Source: an uncultured bacterium
GTDB lineage: Bacteria; Lernaellota; Lernaellaia; Lernaellales; Lernaellaceae
Assembly (NCBI GenBank): GCA_964534375.1
Contig: CAZHPN010000018.1
Location: 1-50,968, forward strand
Direction: 5' to 3'
Length of the DNA stretch: 50,968 nucleotides
A model generated the notes under the pieces. It saw nothing but the letters and a program-made list of their open reading frames with translations, made no database searches and was not told the origin of the DNA. Every line of letters begins with the position of its first letter. The first letter of the stretch is position 1. The translations under genes and the position numbers were made by a program. Below are positions 25,777 to 35,433 of this stretch, piece by piece.

Positions 25777-28281
25777 TTACTTGGTCCGGTACTCCTGCAG
25801 CTTTGTATGCTCAATCAATCGATCGAGGGTCTTGAGCGTAAAAACTTTCCCTCGTGTCGCAAGAATCATTTTCTTCATGTCTTCGCGGCGAACGCCAAAT
25901 CCACGCCCGCCAATACAGGCGATGACCTCGAATTTCGGCGGGGCTCCTCGGCGTTTCGGAGCGCTCAATTCGCCGAGATGCTGAATCCGCGTGGCCTTAT
26001 CACGGGCGGTTCCGTCGTCTTCGGTGATCTTCGCCTCGATTATGATTTGCGGGTTGAACTCGCTCGGGATGATGAAATCCGGCGCTTGATCGAATCCGGC
26101 AATTCGCTCGGCGCGTTTTGTCTTGCGAAAACTGATCCCCGCGTCCGACAAGACCTTTGGCGAGTCGACGTGCTTTGCAACCTCGGCCCATTCGCCGAAA
26201 TTGCGCAACCAACTTGCCACCTCTGAGATTCGCTCGGCCGTTTCCTTCGTTGAATCCCAAGTCCCTCGAAGGTTCCATATTGCAAGGCGTATGAGATGGC
26301 CGAACGCTATGCACCTCGTGTCGCCCAAAGACGGCTTCACGCCGCCTTTCCGAAGTTCCGACAAATCATTCGTCACGAGTTCTGCGACTCCTTTTGCCGA
26401 CGTTGGCACGCTTTTCTTCGACACGGCGCCGGTTGTGCGACAGACGTAGACCGTATCGATAATCGACGATCCCGTTCCGTTGATGTGGATCGAAGCGCTC
26501 ATCTCCGCAGGGCATGGCAACGAAGCCGTGCAGGTCAGGCCCGCGTCGAGAATCGCCACGGCGACGGGCAAATATGCCGCGAGCGCGTTGTGATGATACG
26601 TGAACACGAACGGCGCGCCGTGCTTCAACGCCGTCGACATCCGTTGAAACACCGCCGAGAGCCCTTCCGTAAAATGCTCCAGATTTCTTCCCATATCGAC
26701 GTTGCCGGTTAACTCCTGGCTGTTTCTCGTCGACTCCAGGCGAAATGCAGCGACCTTTTCGGACACCAATCGCCGCAGCCATACGTAACAGAAATCCATC
26801 AACTCCGCGTACTGAACGTTGCCGTAATAAGGCGGATCGGTGAATACGGCATCGAGACTGGCGGCCGGCAAATCAACGTCCGCGGCATCCAAACATTGGA
26901 TGTCCACTGTCCGGATTATTCGGTTCTCCACGCCGTCAAGCGTGTCGCCTATCCACTCGCCTCGTATCGGCAATGTTTCCTTCTGGGATCCCCGATGCCT
27001 TACCTCGAATGGCGCATCGCAATAGGATTTTGCCTTGCGGAATTTCTCAATAATATTTTTCCATCCGCCGCTTCCCACACACATGTTTTTGTTCGTGTCC
27101 ATGATTCCGAGGAAATTGGACTCGCATTGAATGAGTCCGACGGGAAACCCGTGAATCGAAAAAATGTCCAAGGACTTCAAGGCCATTGTATCGTAGCGGC
27201 AAAGCATGTTTTGGTAGCGAAGAAGATCGGACAGATTTGTCGCCAACGCATTGCGGACGCGCTCGTTTGTTATCCTCGCAATAAACCTCGCCGAGAGTTC
27301 CAGTCCCAGAAGTTGTCGGCCGTTGAACATCTCGCGGTAACGTTTGTATCCCCATCGATGGAGTCTGTTGGTCTCGTCGCCTGTGGGGATCTCGTTTTCT
27401 GGAACGAAACGCGAGCGCGTATTCGTCCACCTGTTTTCGGCTTCGGCCGCCCGGCGAAGGTCTTGTTCGTCCGGAACCTTGAAAAATCGTCCTTTGCTCT
27501 CTTTCTTGCAATGGGCGCAATGGTATTCGATGGCAAACAAACGGTGTCTCGGAGGTCCGAATTCGACGTCCGGGAATTCATGGGTCGCGCCGCAATTGGG
27601 GCAAGCGCATCGGTTCTGGCTTGCCGGACCGTTTAACACAAGGGCGTCGCCGCACTTCCCGCACGTCCCAGGATTGCTTCGATCCTCCGTCTCCGCCAAC
27701 GCTCCGCAAGACGCGCACACGAAAACGTTTTTCGGATGCCTCGCGTCAGCGGCGAGCAGATAGCCCGGGAACAGGTCGATGAACTCGCCGCAATCCAGGC
27801 ATTGGATGACTTTCACCCACAGGAAGTATTTTACGCTAGCGTCGTCATCGCCGCAGACCGTGCATTTCGTGCGATACAGACAACCGACCTCCTTCTCGAG
27901 GTCCTTGAGAAGGGAGGCCGCTTCCTTGCTGTAGTCGGCCAAATCGAGATGTTCAATCTCTTGCTTTACGACCCAATACGCCATTGGGTTTATGTCACAG
28001 CCAAAAACATCGCAGCCAACCCGATTTGCCTCTAAGAGCGGCGTGCCGCCTCCCATAAAAGGGTCGGCGATTTTCAGGCCGGGAAAGTTGTTCGCTCGGT
28101 AAAACGCCTCGCGGAGAGGAATGCCGGCAAACTCAGATAGCAGTAGTCCGCGGAACAGTGTGCCGGGTCTGCGCGCGAACCATTTATGAACTGCGATAAT
28201 TGGCCGATAATTCTGTTGAATCTGCTTTTCCCGCAGGGCCAGGTCGGCGATGAACGGAATATCAAAAGTCTTTTCGATCAT
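25777..28281 (-). CDS. DUF1156-type DNA amino-methyltransferase with Zn-ribbon region and C-terminal PD-(D/E)xK nuclease-like segment
   Basis: HKWFARRP, DPFMGGG (motif I), TDPPY (motif IV), six CxxC pairs; C-term APDFII...IIEAKIT. Start reassigned to ATG 28281. Confidence 0.85.
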   Translation of the reverse strand: MIEKTFDIPFIADLALREKQIQQNYRPIIAVHKWFARRPGTLFRGLLLSEFAGIPLREAFYRANNFPGLKIADPFMGGGTPLLEANRVGCDVFGCDINPMAYWVVKQEIEHLDLADYSKEAASLLKDLEKEVGCLYRTKCTVCGDDDASVKYFLWVKVIQCLDCGEFIDLFPGYLLAADARHPKNVFVCASCGALAETEDRSNPGTCGKCGDALVLNGPASQNRCACPNCGATHEFPDVEFGPPRHRLFAIEYHCAHCKKESKGRFFKVPDEQDLRRAAEAENRWTNTRSRFVPENEIPTGDETNRLHRWGYKRYREMFNGRQLLGLELSARFIARITNERVRNALATNLSDLLRYQNMLCRYDTMALKSLDIFSIHGFPVGLIQCESNFLGIMDTNKNMCVGSGGWKNIIEKFRKAKSYCDAPFEVRHRGSQKETLPIRGEWIGDTLDGVENRIIRTVDIQCLDAADVDLPAASLDAVFTDPPYYGNVQYAELMDFCYVWLRRLVSEKVAAFRLESTRNSQELTGNVDMGRNLEHFTEGLSAVFQRMSTALKHGAPFVFTYHHNALAAYLPVAVAILDAGLTCTASLPCPAEMSASIHINGTGSSIIDTVYVCRTTGAVSKKSVPTSAKGVAELVTNDLSELRKGGVKPSLGDTRCIAFGHLIRLAIWNLRGTWDSTKETAERISEVASWLRNFGEWAEVAKHVDSPKVLSDAGISFRKTKRAERIAGFDQAPDFIIPSEFNPQIIIEAKITEDDGTARDKATRIQHLGELSAPKRRGAPPKFEVIACIGGRGFGVRREDMKKMILATRGKVFTLKTLDRLIEHTKLQEYRTK

Positions 28282-28344
28282 CGCCCCGGATCTTTCTGTT
28301 TTGGCCGGCCAATTCGGATCGTTTCGCTGCATCAAGACGAGGTG

Positions 28345-28375
28345 GAATGTTAACATTCGGTCGATGTTGCGTCAA
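28345..28375 (-). promoter_or_regulatory. Promoter with -10 inside a perfect 14-bp palindrome
   Basis: TTGACG-17 bp-TAACAT with TG extension; GAATGTTAACATTC at 28345-28358 is self-complementary. Confidence 0.6.
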
Positions 28376-28466
28376 ACCGGAACCGGGCCGGGCAACCGAC
28401 CGCCTCCGCAGAAACTGACCTGCCGGAACGCCATTTGCCGGCAAACAGACGCCGATTCGCCGCGAA

Positions 28467-31400
28467 TCAGAGGTCGATCTGCGCCTCGAGGTCGCCGGCG
28501 GCGACTGCGTTGCAATAGGCCAAGATCAACTCTTTTGTCCGGTAACGACCGGCGAATTGTTCGCGATCGGCTCGTTCGACGATCGGAAACGTGTCCAGGA
28601 TGTAGGCGGCGTCTTTCCGGCTGATGCCATATAAGTGGAAGAAAAGCGCGTCGAGCCGCGCCAGGCGGCGGCGGCGGTCCTCCTCGTCCCATTCGAACGG
28701 CGGGCCGTCGTAGCCCATGTCCCGCGCGAACGCCGCCATGTCCACCGCGGTGTACGTCAGGTGCAAGACCTGCTCGCGAATATAGTCGGAAAAGTTGGTC
28801 TTGCCGATCTTCGTTTCGAAAACCTTCGGATCGATAAACGGAAGCTGTTCGAGAATGTACAAATTCAAGTGCTGTCCTTGAATCTTTTGTCGGAGCAAAT
28901 AATCAAACGCAAAGCTGTTGAGATTGGCCAAAAACAGAGGTGCAGCCGAAACGTATTTCCTCATTTCACGGTCGTCTTCAAAGACAAACATCGGCAAGGT
29001 ATTGCCGACAGCCGCAAAAGGAATCATCGACGCAATCATCGTGCGCATGTTCGTGGGGGCCGTAACGTCTTTAATACCAATCGCCCATTGAAACTGCGGA
29101 CGAATGGCCGACTCGTCGACCCAGAAGTGAGGATTCGGCAACCATTGCGGATCTCGATGATTTTCGAGCGTCGCCGGCTCTTGCTGCGCGGGCCGATGAA
29201 TATTTTCCGGATTCATGATCACGCTTGCCGCCCGGTGATCGTACGCCTGGACCATTTTCCCTTCGTAAAGCGGCCGGCAGAGGTTTTTCCCTTTCTTCCA
29301 TACGTTGCCGCCGACCGGGTAAAAACCTGTTCGCTCCAGCTCTTTTTTGGTCTTGAAAAGGTTTGAATCATTTGTCATGTGGAACATATTGCAATACCGG
29401 ACGGGCCACAGCTTTTTTTCGTCGCCGTGACGGCGATCGACCAGGATGGAATGGGCCCGATAGGCGTCAAGCGTGATCCTTGCGTCTCTTCCGGTGCGGA
29501 AAATCGGCGCCGTGCCGGTGTTCGGGTTAACGGCGGCGAAATCGGCCGGCGTGATGGAAATGCGTCGGTCGGGTTCATCGATCTCTGTGACTTGATGAAG
29601 GAAAAAAGCGCATTGGGCGCGGTCAAATTCGCGTTCCGGGCCGCCGAAAACAATGACGTTGAACTTGAAGGATGCGTGTACGTCGGCGAAAAAGACCTTT
29701 CGATTTTCGAAATCAAAGAGCGCCGACAACCGGCCGCTTGTCGAAATTGCGCGGAAAAATTCGGCGGCGCCTTTATCCGACGCGATGCCCGACGGCGTTA
29801 GCAAACCGACGATGCCGCGAGGATGAATTAGCCGCATCGCACGTTCGACAAAAAGCGAGTAGATGTTCATATCGCCAGCGGACAACAGCGGAAACTGGCC
29901 GCTGTCGCGCGCAAGCGTCATCGCCGTTTCGGCCGCGGCCCGCGCCACGAGATAATCGCGCCACAGCGGATCCTTGGCGGCGGCAAGTTTTTTGATTAGT
30001 TTTTTGCGGTCGTCGGCTCGCGCCTGTTTGGCAATTTCGGGTTTGTGTTCGGCGAACCATTCGACTTCTTGCAGCTTCATTCGATCCCACGGCGGGTTGC
30101 CGATGACGGCGTCGAATCCGCCGACGGTTCCGCCGTTGCCGTTTGCCTGCCAAACGTCGGGAAAGGCAACTTCCCAATGCAGGAACTTCTCGCGGGCCGC
30201 GAGCGCGCGGGCCGAAGCGAGAAACGCGTTGGCGCGGTTTTCGAGATCGGCCGCTTTGCCGTTCCTGGACTTGACCTCGCCGTTCATCACCACGCGGATC
30301 GGATCGCCGAAAACGCCGCCGACCACGGCGCCGATCGTCTTCTTGAGATCGCCTTTTTCCTCGCCGGTTTGCTCCGCGCTCTCGCGCCAATGCACCGCCT
30401 GCCAGAAATCCATCAATCGCCGGAGCGGTTCGAGCGTTTCGGCCGCCTGCTCGAAAAGGCTGCTCGACGTTTTGACCTCGGCGATATCGGCGTCGGTCAG
30501 ATCCGAAACGAGCAAAAATGTTTTCGTCGCGGCCGCGATGGCCGCCCGGCTCGACGGCTGAAACAGCCCGCCGCGGCGCTCGATTTCATCCCGTACGGTG
30601 CTCGTCCATTCGCCGAAAAGCGAATCGCCGCATCGGAGGTGATGATCCAGGAACGACAGCGGCGCCCCAACCGTGAATGTGTGCAGCCACAACGCGACCT
30701 TGGCGAGTTCGACCGCCATTTCGTTTTTGTCGACGCCGTAGATCACCCGTTTGAGGATCATGCGCCGAACGATATGGCGGTCGTCGAGCTGGGCCGGGTC
30801 GATGTTCCAATGCTCGGTTTGTGCGGCGTGCAAAATGCGATCGCGAATATCCGCGATGCGGCCGGCAAGCGGCGAGATGTAGGGGTCGGCGGCCGTCGCC
30901 CAATCGACGGCATTTTTCGCGCTCGCCATCTCCGCCAGCACCTGATCTGCCAGATAATCGACGAGCGCCACGAGGAAGTGACCGCTGCCGATCGCCGGAT
31001 CGCAAATTTTCAGATCGAGAATTCGCGCCGCGGCGTCCATTTTCGCCAGACGCGCCAGGCGCTCTTTCTTTGGGCCGCGCGCAGCCTTCAGTTGTTTCAC
31101 TTCGTCCCGGAAACCGGCGGAACAATCCTCGACAAGCGGGCCGACGGTTCGACGAATAATCAATTGCACGAGGTCTTCGTGCGTGTAATAGCTGCCGCTT
31201 CCCTTACGCGCGAAAATATTCGGGCGGATCGACAAGCGGTCGGATTCCTCCCGCACGACCGAAAACTCCAGCAACCGTTCGTAGATCGAACCGAGGTGTT
31301 GCACCGAAAGGTCGCGGTAGTTGATCCATTTCGGCGTGTTGTCTTCGTCACGGTGTCGCGAAAGTTTATCGATCAACGGCGCCACCACCGCGTCCGGCAA

Positions 31401-32573
31401 ATCGACGCGATCCAGAAGCGGATGCGCCGCCGCTTCGAACAAGCCGCCGTTGTACGGCGGCAGGCCGATGCTGTGGTCGCCCTTCGCCACGGCCGCATAA
31501 AGTTCTTTCAGTTCGCTGCAATAGCGGGTCTGCGTTTCGCTGAAAACATGGCGACGCCCGATGCTCCGCGCGACATCTTCGCGAATTCTTCGCAGCGAGT
31601 AGTTTTCGTAATCGGCGTCGTGGACCGGAAGCAGATTCCGATCCTCCGCGTAATACACGAAGAGCAACCGGTAGAGAAAGGTCAGCGCGGCGCGGCGGAT
31701 TTCTTCCAAGTAATCGCCGGCCGGTTCCGGCGGCGCTTGCGGGTCGCGTTCGGCCAATTTCGTAACGAGTTCCGGGAAAACATCTTCGAAAACGACGTTG
31801 CCGAGGTTTTGCGAAACCCGGCGTTCCCAGTGCCGCCCTTCGTCGATGGCGATCTCGTGAAACGTCCGCGAGGCGACATCGTACGGCTGACTGAGAAACG
31901 ATTCTCTGCGAAATAGAACGAAAAAGACCTTGAGATCGTGACGCGGGATGCGAATCGCTTCATCGAGACGGCTCAATTGAACCCCGGGCATGCCAACTAG
32001 CGCCGCCACGTCGAATTCGATGAAGTCCTCGGAAAGCGAGCGGGCGCCCTCCCAGTAAAGCCGCCAATAACGGCCGTTAGTCAAAATTCCCCAACGAACC
32101 GCGCCGTCGGATGCAACCGCGGCTCGCCGAAGATAGAGGATAATTTGCGAGGAAGGCGTGTCTTCTTCTTTGTCCTCTCGGCGGCCCAGTCGGTCCAGCG
32201 GGCGTTGCCAACGTTTGGCCTCCAAGATCGCGACGCCGTGGCGATAACGTTGATCGTCCTTCTTTTCGGCAAGCGCTTTCGCCTTCGCTTCCGCTTTAGG
32301 CAACAACAGGGTGTCGGGAACGTTTTCGCGGCCTTTTTTCGAAAGATTTTGCTGCGGCAGGTAATCGTTCCAGCCGAGCAAGCGCAAGAGCGGAAAGATT
32401 ATTTCGGATTCCGTCGCCGCTTCGTTCAGCTTCGCCTCGGCTTGGACCTTGTCGAAAATAGCTGCCGCATCTCGGCGAAACTCGGCGTATGCGTCCGCGG
32501 GCAATTCGAGCCACGCCGCGGTCTCGGTTATCCCGTCGCTGAGGAAGTCACGGGTGAAGAGTTTGCCGTTCAC
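28467..32573 (-). CDS. Type IIG (Eco57I-like) restriction-modification fusion enzyme
   Basis: N-term PDTLL...LEAKR and WGILTNGRYWRLY; YNGGLF, GSIYERLL, GSYYT, DPAIGSGHFL, IGNPPW; C-terminal specificity region. Confidence 0.9.
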   Translation of the reverse strand: MNGKLFTRDFLSDGITETAAWLELPADAYAEFRRDAAAIFDKVQAEAKLNEAATESEIIFPLLRLLGWNDYLPQQNLSKKGRENVPDTLLLPKAEAKAKALAEKKDDQRYRHGVAILEAKRWQRPLDRLGRREDKEEDTPSSQIILYLRRAAVASDGAVRWGILTNGRYWRLYWEGARSLSEDFIEFDVAALVGMPGVQLSRLDEAIRIPRHDLKVFFVLFRRESFLSQPYDVASRTFHEIAIDEGRHWERRVSQNLGNVVFEDVFPELVTKLAERDPQAPPEPAGDYLEEIRRAALTFLYRLLFVYYAEDRNLLPVHDADYENYSLRRIREDVARSIGRRHVFSETQTRYCSELKELYAAVAKGDHSIGLPPYNGGLFEAAAHPLLDRVDLPDAVVAPLIDKLSRHRDEDNTPKWINYRDLSVQHLGSIYERLLEFSVVREESDRLSIRPNIFARKGSGSYYTHEDLVQLIIRRTVGPLVEDCSAGFRDEVKQLKAARGPKKERLARLAKMDAAARILDLKICDPAIGSGHFLVALVDYLADQVLAEMASAKNAVDWATAADPYISPLAGRIADIRDRILHAAQTEHWNIDPAQLDDRHIVRRMILKRVIYGVDKNEMAVELAKVALWLHTFTVGAPLSFLDHHLRCGDSLFGEWTSTVRDEIERRGGLFQPSSRAAIAAATKTFLLVSDLTDADIAEVKTSSSLFEQAAETLEPLRRLMDFWQAVHWRESAEQTGEEKGDLKKTIGAVVGGVFGDPIRVVMNGEVKSRNGKAADLENRANAFLASARALAAREKFLHWEVAFPDVWQANGNGGTVGGFDAVIGNPPWDRMKLQEVEWFAEHKPEIAKQARADDRKKLIKKLAAAKDPLWRDYLVARAAAETAMTLARDSGQFPLLSAGDMNIYSLFVERAMRLIHPRGIVGLLTPSGIASDKGAAEFFRAISTSGRLSALFDFENRKVFFADVHASFKFNVIVFGGPEREFDRAQCAFFLHQVTEIDEPDRRISITPADFAAVNPNTGTAPIFRTGRDARITLDAYRAHSILVDRRHGDEKKLWPVRYCNMFHMTNDSNLFKTKKELERTGFYPVGGNVWKKGKNLCRPLYEGKMVQAYDHRAASVIMNPENIHRPAQQEPATLENHRDPQWLPNPHFWVDESAIRPQFQWAIGIKDVTAPTNMRTMIASMIPFAAVGNTLPMFVFEDDREMRKYVSAAPLFLANLNSFAFDYLLRQKIQGQHLNLYILEQLPFIDPKVFETKIGKTNFSDYIREQVLHLTYTAVDMAAFARDMGYDGPPFEWDEEDRRRRLARLDALFFHLYGISRKDAAYILDTFPIVERADREQFAGRYRTKELILAYCNAVAAGDLEAQIDL

Positions 32574-32846
32574 CGCGTTTGCCCTTTCCCGTCCGATCTA
32601 CGCGCAGTTTCTTTGTACACGTCGCCCGAGCCCCGCAAAATCGAATCGCTTTCCATTGGTTTTGATTAGACGCTACCGACGTTTATGCGTCAAGCGAGAG
32701 CGCCTTCCCGAGCCGACCGCGCCGTCGAAGAAATGCTTGCGGGCGCGAAATTCGGCAAACGGCCGAGCGGAGCGCAAAAAGTCTCCCTGTTGCGTTGCGG
32801 CAAGACAGCTATAATCGTGAACGTGAATCGTTAGTCCGCCGAAAGG

Positions 32847-33284
32847 ATGCTTCGACCGTTGACCTGGCGAAAACACATCGGCGCCCGCCTGATGCACAGC
32901 GGGTATGTCGCGCGAGCCGTCAGCGAGCGGGCGGACCTGAGCTTTTTCAAGAAGCCGCCGACGTGGCGCACGCTGTTCGGCGTCATCCTGATCGCCCTGA
33001 GCTTTCTGCTGGGTTGGCCGGCGGTCGGCGTTTTCGGCGGGCTGGCGTATTATCTGCGAAAACCGTTGGTGGTCGTCATCGGCGGACCCGCCACGTACGG
33101 ATTCTCGTGGCTGGTTTGGGCCGTGGGCACGTACTTCGCCGGCCCCGAGGGCGTCCAGGCCATGAACGCCTTTTCGCGCTGGGCCGTGCGTCGGCTCGTC
33201 GAGCGGGTCGCCGGTCAGGGCGCAAACACGCTTTCCACCGGCGCCGCCGATTCCGCCTCCAGCAACCTCAAGCCCAACGAATAG
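32847..33284 (+). CDS. Small hypothetical membrane protein
   Basis: 2-3 hydrophobic segments; TATAAT at 32810 and AAGG before the ATG. Confidence 0.65.
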   Translation: MLRPLTWRKHIGARLMHSGYVARAVSERADLSFFKKPPTWRTLFGVILIALSFLLGWPAVGVFGGLAYYLRKPLVVVIGGPATYGFSWLVWAVGTYFAGPEGVQAMNAFSRWAVRRLVERVAGQGANTLSTGAADSASSNLKPNE

Positions 33285-33904
33285 CCAAGCGCCCCGCGCG
33301 TCTTGACGGCGACCGTCGGCGAAAAGCCGTCTTTGCCGGGCGGGGCAAAGTCGATTTCCTTGATCAGACGGTGGCCTTTGCAGAAGATCCGCAACGTGCG
33401 GCCGCCGTCGGGCGCATCGTCGATTTCGGCGACGCCGGCCGCCGCGGTCCGGAAGCGGCAGGCCGCGCGGCCGTCGGGCAGGCAGCCTTCTTCCAAGAGC
33501 GCGCCGGGCGGCGGCAGGAAGACCGCTTGCACGTCGGCCAGCAGACCGGCCGAAAAAGCCGCGGCATCAAATGGCGGAAGAGCGCGAAAAATCTTGACGC
33601 CTTCCGGCCCGGCGACGGCGTCGAAAAGCGTCAGACCTTCGACGGTCATCAGCACCGCGCGCAGCCGACGCGCCGCCGGATCGCCGATTGTCAGACCCAG
33701 CAGCGTCGTCTTTTTTCCGAAGGGCGCCGTGACGTCGATCTCATGCAACGCGCGCCACGCCGCATGTGGGAACACGGCCAGGCACGGCGTCTTTGCCGGC
33801 GGGCACTTGTCCCGCTGCAGATGACCCAGCGTTGCGCACGAGATGGCGAGACAAGCGGCGAGAAGCAGCCACGCAGCAAGCAGCAGCCGGCGCCGGCGGC
33901 TCAA
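33215..33904 (-). CDS. DUF3261-like (ApeN-like) lipoprotein
   Basis: Start reassigned to TTG 33904 (TTGA overlap with the LolA-like gene); lipobox LAISC; LRAVLMTVEGLTLFD...LLADVQAVF. Confidence 0.65.
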   Translation of the reverse strand: MSRRRRLLLAAWLLLAACLAISCATLGHLQRDKCPPAKTPCLAVFPHAAWRALHEIDVTAPFGKKTTLLGLTIGDPAARRLRAVLMTVEGLTLFDAVAGPEGVKIFRALPPFDAAAFSAGLLADVQAVFLPPPGALLEEGCLPDGRAACRFRTAAAGVAEIDDAPDGGRTLRIFCKGHRLIKEIDFAPPGKDGFSPTVAVKTRGALGYSLGLRLLEAESAAPVESVFAP

Positions 33905-34530
33905 GGTTCGATCTCGAAAAGATTTTCCGGAAGGGCTTGATTGAGCGAAGCCGACTTGAATTCGATGCGAGTTGTTGCGGCGTTGCCCTCGCTCAACGTG
34001 ATGGACTCCAGCACGCCGGGCCGCGCCGCCAGGCCGATTTCGATGCGATCGAGGAATTGCTTCATCGCTGCATCCTTGGGCGTCAAAACGATTTTCGCCG
34101 GCGGCCCCTGATCCAGAGCCGAAGCAAACGATTTGTTTGCCGAGAAATCGCCGTTCAACCAATTGCGGATATCGCGGTAGACGACCTGCAAGGCGTCGAC
34201 GCTTATCGCGGTGTCCTTGACGAAACGATCATCCCGCCAAAAAAGCCGCTGGATGCCCTTGGCGTTCATCCGCAGAATGCTCTTCACCGGCGAAACGTAC
34301 TCCAGGCGGATCTTGTCCGGCGCCACGTAATAGAAAACGCCCGCCGACACCAGCGGGCGCGTCAGGATCTTCATTTCCTTCTTCTGCACGAATTCGGCCC
34401 GGATGCTCTTGACCTGCTGCGCCGCCGCCCGAATGCTATCCCAATTCTGCGTCCATTCGGCCGACAGCGCCGCGCGGGCGGTCACGAACGTCAGCGCGAG
34501 AACAAACAGGATTCGCCGCTTCGTCCGCAC
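33901..34530 (-). CDS. LolA-like lipid/lipoprotein carrier (ApeL-like)
   Basis: Signal peptide; SIRAEFVQKK...LVSAGVFYYVAPDKIRLEYVSP. Confidence 0.85.
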   Translation of the reverse strand: MRTKRRILFVLALTFVTARAALSAEWTQNWDSIRAAAQQVKSIRAEFVQKKEMKILTRPLVSAGVFYYVAPDKIRLEYVSPVKSILRMNAKGIQRLFWRDDRFVKDTAISVDALQVVYRDIRNWLNGDFSANKSFASALDQGPPAKIVLTPKDAAMKQFLDRIEIGLAARPGVLESITLSEGNAATTRIEFKSASLNQALPENLFEIEP

Positions 34531-34531
34531 G

Positions 34532-35266
34532 TCAGATCATGCCGCCATTGACCGAAATGACCTGGCCGGTGATATAAGACGCCTCCTCGGAACAAAGGAA
34601 GCGCACGACCTTGGCCACTTCCTCCGGCGCGCCGATCCGCCGCATGGGAATCAGCGGCAGCACCTGATCGAGCGGATAATCTTTGGTCATTTCCGTCGCG
34701 ATGATGCCGGGCGCCACAACGTTCACGCGGATATTGCGCGACGATATCTCGGCGGACAGCGCCCGCGACGCGCCGATCAGGCCCGCCTTGGCCGCGGCGT
34801 AATTCGCCTGGCCGCGGTTCGGCAGCAGCGCCGTCACCGAGGAAATTGAGACAATCGCGCCGCGGCGTTTCACCAGCATCGCCTTGACCACCGGTTTGGT
34901 GACATTGTAGAAACCGCCAAGCGTGGTGTTCAGAACCTTTTGCCAGTCGGCCTCGGGCATGATCGCGAACAGGCCGTCGGCGACCACTCCCGCGTTGTTG
35001 ACCAGGGCGTCGATGCTCTTCAGGCGTTTGATGATGGCCGTCAGGCAGGTCGTCGACTCGCCGTGGTCGGCCACATCGAAACGCGCCAGTTCGCCGTCGC
35101 CGCCCGCTTGGCGGATCAGCGCCAGTGTCTCCTGCGCCGCGGCGTCGTTGGCCCGGTAATTGACCACGACATAAAAACCCGCGCGCGCCAACTCGACACA
35201 GATGGCGCGGCCGATGCCGCGGCCGCCGCCGGTTACGATCGCATTTCCTGCGCTGCCCACGTGCAC
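34532..35266 (-). CDS. fabG: 3-oxoacyl-ACP reductase
   Basis: TGGGRGIG, NNAG, YAAAK, ITGQVISVNGG. Confidence 0.93.
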   Translation of the reverse strand: MHVGSAGNAIVTGGGRGIGRAICVELARAGFYVVVNYRANDAAAQETLALIRQAGGDGELARFDVADHGESTTCLTAIIKRLKSIDALVNNAGVVADGLFAIMPEADWQKVLNTTLGGFYNVTKPVVKAMLVKRRGAIVSISSVTALLPNRGQANYAAAKAGLIGASRALSAEISSRNIRVNVVAPGIIATEMTKDYPLDQVLPLIPMRRIGAPEEVAKVVRFLCSEEASYITGQVISVNGGMI

Positions 35267-35288
35267 CTCTTCTTCTCAGAGTGCGCCG

Positions 35289-35383
35289 ATTCTCCGGCAT
35301 GCGTCTTTTCCTTGTCAAGGCAATAACGCGCCCGGCGCGCCGGAATCGCGCCGTTTGACACCATCGGGAGAGTCCGTTACTGC
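35289..35383. promoter_or_regulatory. Divergent promoter region fabG / B12-rSAM
   Basis: TTGACA on the minus strand (35313-35318, GAGAAT 18 bp on) and on the plus strand (35355-35360, weak -10). Confidence 0.4.
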
Positions 35384-35433
35384 TTTTGCGTCCGAATGGA
35401 CGCCGGGCATTGTTCCACAACTGAGGGTCCGTC

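Larger units (their letters stand above)
25700..32700 (-). mobile_element. Putative horizontally acquired R-M insert (boundaries approximate, no integrase)
   Basis: Functionally unrelated genes between lipid-cluster genes; visibly more A/T-rich, especially 25.7-29.9 kb. Confidence 0.45.

Noticed and set aside
25777..32573. BREX or DISARM system
   Set aside because: No PglZ, BrxC ATPase, helicases, DUF1998 or PLD genes nearby; only two methylase-containing genes.
25670..32800. att sites or target duplication flanking the R-M insert
   Set aside because: Only loose similarity (cggcaa..ggccg..aaaaa..tccctg) at about 25675 and 32753; not an exact repeat, and no recombinase or tRNA.
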